Shown here: piece after piece, positions 36,891-40,894 of the stretch
Numbering within the stretch: the first letter of the stretch is position 1
Layout of the letters: every line of letters begins with the position of its first letter
Source: an uncultured bacterium
GTDB lineage: Bacteria > CAYJRR01
Assembly (NCBI GenBank): GCA_964372275.1
Contig: CAYJRR010000024.1
Span: 1-40,894 of the forward strand
Direction: 5' to 3'
DNA: 40,894 nt
Made by a program: the position numbers and the translations under genes
Notes under the pieces: model-generated
Seen by the model: only the letters and a program-made list of their open reading frames with translations
Databases searched by the model: none
What the model was told of the DNA's origin: nothing

Positions 36891-39053
36891 CTAGTACTCC
36901 GCCGTGAAGGTGAGGGCGTAGTAGGCGCGCTCGGCCCCGGCGGCGTCGAGGTAGCGCTGACGGAAGACGAGCGGCGTGAAGGAGTAGGCGTACTCGGCGT
37001 ATTCGTCGCCGGCGGTCTCCGGATCGTCGGGAACGGCGGGCGCGTCGCCGCTGAAGGTCGCGTCGGAGCCGATCGCCAGCGAGACCCCCTTCCCCCAGTT
37101 CTGGCCGACGTTCACGCCGACGGCGAATCCGGCGACCTGGATCTCGCCCCCGAGGTAGACGTCGAGGTTCATCGTCTCGGCGTTGGTCACGCTGTCGGCG
37201 ACGGTGAGGGAGAAGCCGACCTTCCCGACGTCGCTGACGCGGTACTCCCCCGGCGAAGGGAAGACCAGGTCGTCCGTCGAGAGCCCCTGGCCGAACAGGT
37301 CCTTGAAGGTGGTCGGATAGCTGGTGGGATCTCCGACCACCGCCGGGACCGGGATCGTCGGCAGGTTCCCGACCGCCGCCGCCATCGCGTTGTAGCGATG
37401 CGTCGACCAGAGGGTGACCTGCCCGTCGACCGGGACGAAGACGAGCATCTTGTGGCCCGAACCGCCCAGCTTGTTCGCCGGATCGAGGGTCTCGTAGTCG
37501 TAACGGTGGAAGCAGCCGTAGGAGACGACGACCGCGCCGTAGCGGTCGCCGTAGAGATCCGGGTCGGGGGTGAGCGCGTAGCGCGCGCCGACCGAATACG
37601 AGGTCGAGCGGGCCTGCGATCGGCTCACGGCCCGCGAGAGTCCCTCCTCGATCTTCGCGTTGAACACGTCGAGGAACCCCTGCTCGACCGCCAGGTCGAT
37701 CCCCATCCGCATCGAGACGGTGTCGGTGACGGTGGAGCCGGTGTTGGTCGAATCGCCGAAGTAGAGGAACGGCACCCCCTCGCTCCGGTAGCGGTAGTAG
37801 GGCGGGAACTGGACCGCCATCGTCGGCACCACCGGTCCGGGCACCGCCACCGGAGCCGAGACCAGCCGCGCCGACGGCGAATCGCCGTCGAAGTCGGCGG
37901 CCGCGATCCGCGTGGGGAGGGCGGAGACGTCGAGGGAGCCCTGCTGCACGATCGCCAGCGGTTGCGAGCCGGAGCCGGCGAGGATCTTCACCGCGCGCCC
38001 CTCCTCCAGCAGGAGCACCCGTCCGTTCTCGCCGACCGAGAGCTTGCTGGCGGAAAGGTCGAGCGTCTTCTTCCCGACGACGGTGCGTCCGCGCTCGGCG
38101 AAGCCGTCCTTCATCGCGTAGACGATCGCGGCGTCGTTCCCGCAGGAGAAGACGTTGCAACCGGCGTCGTGCAGCGCGACCGCCTCGTCGACGCCGTCGC
38201 CGTCGAGGTCGGCGGCGGCCACGCGGAACAGCGTGTCGTTCGCCGTCCCCCCGAACGACCCGGGCTCGTTGGGGGCGGGGACGGCGTTGATCGCCACCAC
38301 GAACGACCAGCCGCTCGCCGAAAGGAGCACCACCGGCTCGGCCAGCCCATCGCCGTCGACGTCCCCGGCGGCGAGGTCGTCGCCGGCGTAGCCGGCGCCG
38401 AAGTGGTGGTAGTCGCACGCGCCGGTCGACAGGCGGCAGACGGCCACCTCCGCCGAGGCCGACAACGCCAGCAGCTCGTCCTGCCCGTCGGCGTCGACGT
38501 CCCCGGCGGCGACCGCCACCGGCTCGAAGCCGACGTCGACCAAGTCGAGCGTACCTTCGGAGAGCACCGAGACCCGGGTCTCTCCCTGGATCGCGACCGC
38601 CGTCTCCTCCGGGCGCGAACCCTTGAGGTTTCCACCCGCAACGTCGACCGGCGGCTCGGTCCCGACGTTCCAGGAGGTGGCGTATCCGACCGTCCCGGCC
38701 GCATCGTGCGCGTAGCCGTCGGCGTAGAAGGAGCCCTGGTAGGCGGTGGCGTCGACGACGGCGACCTCGCGGTCGAGCGCGAAGAAGTGCTCGCTCCCGA
38801 TGGGGGAGATCGACTCGTACGGGCCCGCGCCACACCGGTCGATCTGGCAGACCTGGTCGATGCAGGCCTCCGTCGAGGCGCAGTCGGCGTCGGAGGCGCA
38901 GCCGACCTGGTCGCTCCCCCAGATCTCCGAGCCGGGGCCGTCGTCCGGTCGCGCGTAGCCCTCGCCTCCGCCCGGCACGAAGCAGCCGCCGACGCCGGCA
39001 GCGCTCGCCACCGCCAGCAGGATCGTTTGCAGCCGCCTGATGCGACCCGACAC
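36891..39053 (-). CDS. Lipoprotein with Cys-rich module, FG-GAP/VCBS repeats and an uncharacterised C-terminal domain
   Basis: GTG 39053 after GGAGG; lipobox VGGC; CASDADCASTEACIDQVC; repeats AAGDVDADGQDE, AAGDVDGDGLAE, AAADLDGDGVDE, AAADFDGD. Confidence 0.85.
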   Translation of the reverse strand: MSGRIRRLQTILLAVASAAGVGGCFVPGGGEGYARPDDGPGSEIWGSDQVGCASDADCASTEACIDQVCQIDRCGAGPYESISPIGSEHFFALDREVAVVDATAYQGSFYADGYAHDAAGTVGYATSWNVGTEPPVDVAGGNLKGSRPEETAVAIQGETRVSVLSEGTLDLVDVGFEPVAVAAGDVDADGQDELLALSASAEVAVCRLSTGACDYHHFGAGYAGDDLAAGDVDGDGLAEPVVLLSASGWSFVVAINAVPAPNEPGSFGGTANDTLFRVAAADLDGDGVDEAVALHDAGCNVFSCGNDAAIVYAMKDGFAERGRTVVGKKTLDLSASKLSVGENGRVLLLEEGRAVKILAGSGSQPLAIVQQGSLDVSALPTRIAAADFDGDSPSARLVSAPVAVPGPVVPTMAVQFPPYYRYRSEGVPFLYFGDSTNTGSTVTDTVSMRMGIDLAVEQGFLDVFNAKIEEGLSRAVSRSQARSTSYSVGARYALTPDPDLYGDRYGAVVVSYGCFHRYDYETLDPANKLGGSGHKMLVFVPVDGQVTLWSTHRYNAMAAAVGNLPTIPVPAVVGDPTSYPTTFKDLFGQGLSTDDLVFPSPGEYRVSDVGKVGFSLTVADSVTNAETMNLDVYLGGEIQVAGFAVGVNVGQNWGKGVSLAIGSDATFSGDAPAVPDDPETAGDEYAEYAYSFTPLVFRQRYLDAAGAERAYYALTFTAEY

Positions 39054-39265
39054 GGGACCTCCCGGGGCGGTCCGCCGCCCGCGGTCGATCCAGCAAGGCG
39101 CGTGCCCCGACTTGCCGGTCGGCCAGGCGCGAAAATCTTCGGGAGTTCGACTCGTTGCGTGACCGACGCCGCGGGCCGATCGGCCGCGGTTGGGACATCG
39201 ATGGGCCACCGGGTGGTTCGGTATTCATTGGTAGGTCGGCGGCGGCGGGTGTAAAGGAGGCGCCC

Positions 39266-40273
39266 ATGCGGCGTTCTCGGATGATCGGCGTCGGGGCCCA
39301 CGCCCCGGCCAAGGTGCTGTCGAACCACGACCTCGAGCGGATCGTCGACACCAACGACGAATGGATCACCACCCGCTCGGGGATCCGGGAACGGCGCATC
39401 GCCACCGAGGCCGAGACGACCTCCGACCTGGCGGCCGCCGCCAGCCGCGGCGCCCTGGAGATGGCCGGGATCGGGCCGGGAGAGGTCGACCTGATCGTCC
39501 TCGGCACCGCCACCCCCGACATGCCGCTCCCCTCCACCGCCTGCCACCTGCAGCGCAAGATCGGCGCGAAGAGGGCGGCGGCGTTCGACGTGTCGGCCGG
39601 CTGCTCCGGCTTCCTCTACGCGATGGCGGTCGCCGACAACTTCGTGAAGACGGGCCACGCAAAGACGGCGCTGGTGGTCGGGGTGGAGATCCTCTCCAAG
39701 TTCATCAACTGGAAGGACCGCACCACCTGCATCCTGTTCGGCGACGGCGCGGGGGCGGTCGTCCTGCGCGGCGAGGAGGCGCCGGCCCACGGCGCGGGGA
39801 CGCGGCCGACCGGCGTGCTGTCGACGCACATCCACTCCGACGGCGAGGGCTGGAACCTGATCATGATCCCCGGCGGCGGGACGCAGCATCCCCCGTCGGC
39901 GCGCACGCTCGACGAAGGGCTGCACACGATCCACATGCAGGGGAAGGAGACGTTCAAGGTCGCGGTGAAAAGCCTGGCCGAGGTGGCGGGCGAGGCGCTG
40001 GCGGCCAACGGCGTCTCCAAGGACGACGTCCAGCACGTGATCTCGCACCAGGCGAACTCGCGCATCATCCAGGCGGTCGTCGACCGGCTGGGGCTCGACG
40101 AGAAGCGGGTGCACGTCAACCTCGACCGCTACGGCAACACCTCCGCCGCCTCGATCCCGATCACGCTCGACGAAGGGGTTCGCGGCGGACGGGTGAAGGA
40201 GGGCGAGCTGATCCTGATGACCGCCTTCGGCGCCGGGTTGACCTGGGGATCGGCGCTCGCCACCTGGGGATAG
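39266..40273 (+). CDS. fabH: 3-oxoacyl-ACP synthase III
   Basis: ATG after AAAGGAGG; WITTRSGIRERR, AGCSGF (Cys), LFGDGAGA, HQAN, YGNTSAASIP, GAGLTWG. Confidence 0.97.
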   Translation: MRRSRMIGVGAHAPAKVLSNHDLERIVDTNDEWITTRSGIRERRIATEAETTSDLAAAASRGALEMAGIGPGEVDLIVLGTATPDMPLPSTACHLQRKIGAKRAAAFDVSAGCSGFLYAMAVADNFVKTGHAKTALVVGVEILSKFINWKDRTTCILFGDGAGAVVLRGEEAPAHGAGTRPTGVLSTHIHSDGEGWNLIMIPGGGTQHPPSARTLDEGLHTIHMQGKETFKVAVKSLAEVAGEALAANGVSKDDVQHVISHQANSRIIQAVVDRLGLDEKRVHVNLDRYGNTSAASIPITLDEGVRGGRVKEGELILMTAFGAGLTWGSALATWG

Positions 40274-40275
40274 CG

Positions 40276-40662
40276 TTGGCGCGTCGGGGGCTCGTCGTGG
40301 TCGCCGTGGCGGCCGGGATGCTCGGCGTCGGGGTCGCCGCGCGCTGGAAGGTGGGATGCCTGCTCCACGCGCCCTCCTGCTGGCCGCACGACCCCTTCAG
40401 CGCCGAGGCGTGGGCGGCGGCGGACCCGTCGTCGCGCCATCGGCTCTACGACGACCTCGCCCGGTCCGGGCGGCTCGAGGGTCTCGACCGGCCGGCGGTC
40501 GAGGCGTTGCTCGGGGCGCCGGACGCCGCCGGCGACGACAAGGCGGCGGGGACGTTCGCCGCCTACCGCCTGGGGGCGAGCCGTCTCGGAAACCGCTACG
40601 TCCTCGACGTGCGGTTCGACGAGGCCGGAACGGTCCGCGGCTACTTCCTCCGCGGAGAATGA
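40276..40662 (+). CDS. Small membrane-anchored protein with a SmpA/BamE-like motif
   Basis: TTG 40276; TM segment; FSAEAW...RHRLYDDL...LEGLDRPAVEALLGAPD...LDVRFDEAGTV. Confidence 0.65.
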   Translation: MARRGLVVVAVAAGMLGVGVAARWKVGCLLHAPSCWPHDPFSAEAWAAADPSSRHRLYDDLARSGRLEGLDRPAVEALLGAPDAAGDDKAAGTFAAYRLGASRLGNRYVLDVRFDEAGTVRGYFLRGE

Positions 40663-40678
40663 AGTAGGCTTTCGCGCC

Positions 40679-40894
40679 ATGACGACGCGCGCCCTCTCCA
40701 CGACCTTGGCGATCCTCTCCCTTTCGTCCTTCGGCTGCGACAAGGTCGTTCCCGCCGCCGAGCCGACCGCCAAGGACCAGATGGCGGGACAGGTCGTCTT
40801 CTCGCTGGGCGGCTTCGAGGACGCGCGGAAGTACAAGACCTTCGACGAGTTCAAGAAGTCTCACAAGGTCTTGAGCGAGCTCACCGTCACCTCC
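40679..40894 (+). CDS. Hypothetical lipoprotein, 3' end beyond the window
   Basis: ATG 40679; MTTRALSTTLAILSLSSFGC lipobox; frame open to the window edge. Confidence 0.65.
   Translation, partial: MTTRALSTTLAILSLSSFGCDKVVPAAEPTAKDQMAGQVVFSLGGFEDARKYKTFDEFKKSHKVLSELTVTS

Noticed and set aside
35754..39254. 1166-aa + strand ORF (likewise 4017-5960, 17601-20306, 22438-25092, 29447-31849)
   Set aside because: Antisense or alternate-frame ORFs over well-supported genes, with no recognisable motifs.
34471..39558. 1695-aa minus-strand ORF as a giant protein
   Set aside because: Only the last ~388 codons (the porin) look like protein. The rest is Arg/Gly/Pro-rich off-frame translation over two real genes.

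Overview
GC-rich (roughly 70% by eye) bacterial chromosomal window. Its gene content (SigA-type RpoD, CHASE2-Ser/Thr kinase, stand-alone MshEN protein, Cys-rich FG-GAP lipoprotein, many lipoproteins) suggests a Myxococcota/deltaproteobacterial organism; this is an inference. Core genes: the rpsU-yqeY-dnaG-rpoD operon (rpoD runs off the left edge), a PTS IIA protein, lpxD, suhB, maeB and fabH. The most notable accessory elements are: (i) a Flp/Tad prepilin fused through a Gly-rich tether to a papain-like Cys-His-Asp peptidase, coupled to a TPR gene and divergent from a CHASE2 kinase; (ii) a three-gene envelope operon encoding an FG-GAP lipoprotein with two amphipathic Ser/Thr-flanked hairpins (possible beta-pore former), a second lipoprotein and a porin; (iii) a six-gene coupled operon with a dCache histidine kinase, an output-less REC-GAF-pseudoREC-GAF protein, a TPR protein and a Maf-type glycosyltransferase pair with no flagellin nearby; (iv) a diguanylate cyclase overlapping a c-di-GMP-binding MshEN gene; (v) two related palindromic intergenic elements, one a ~257-bp nested hairpin. 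No rRNA, tRNA, CRISPR array, transposase or integrase was recognised. Many long ORFs in the supplied track are GC-rich shadow ORFs, and several start codons were re-assigned by hand.
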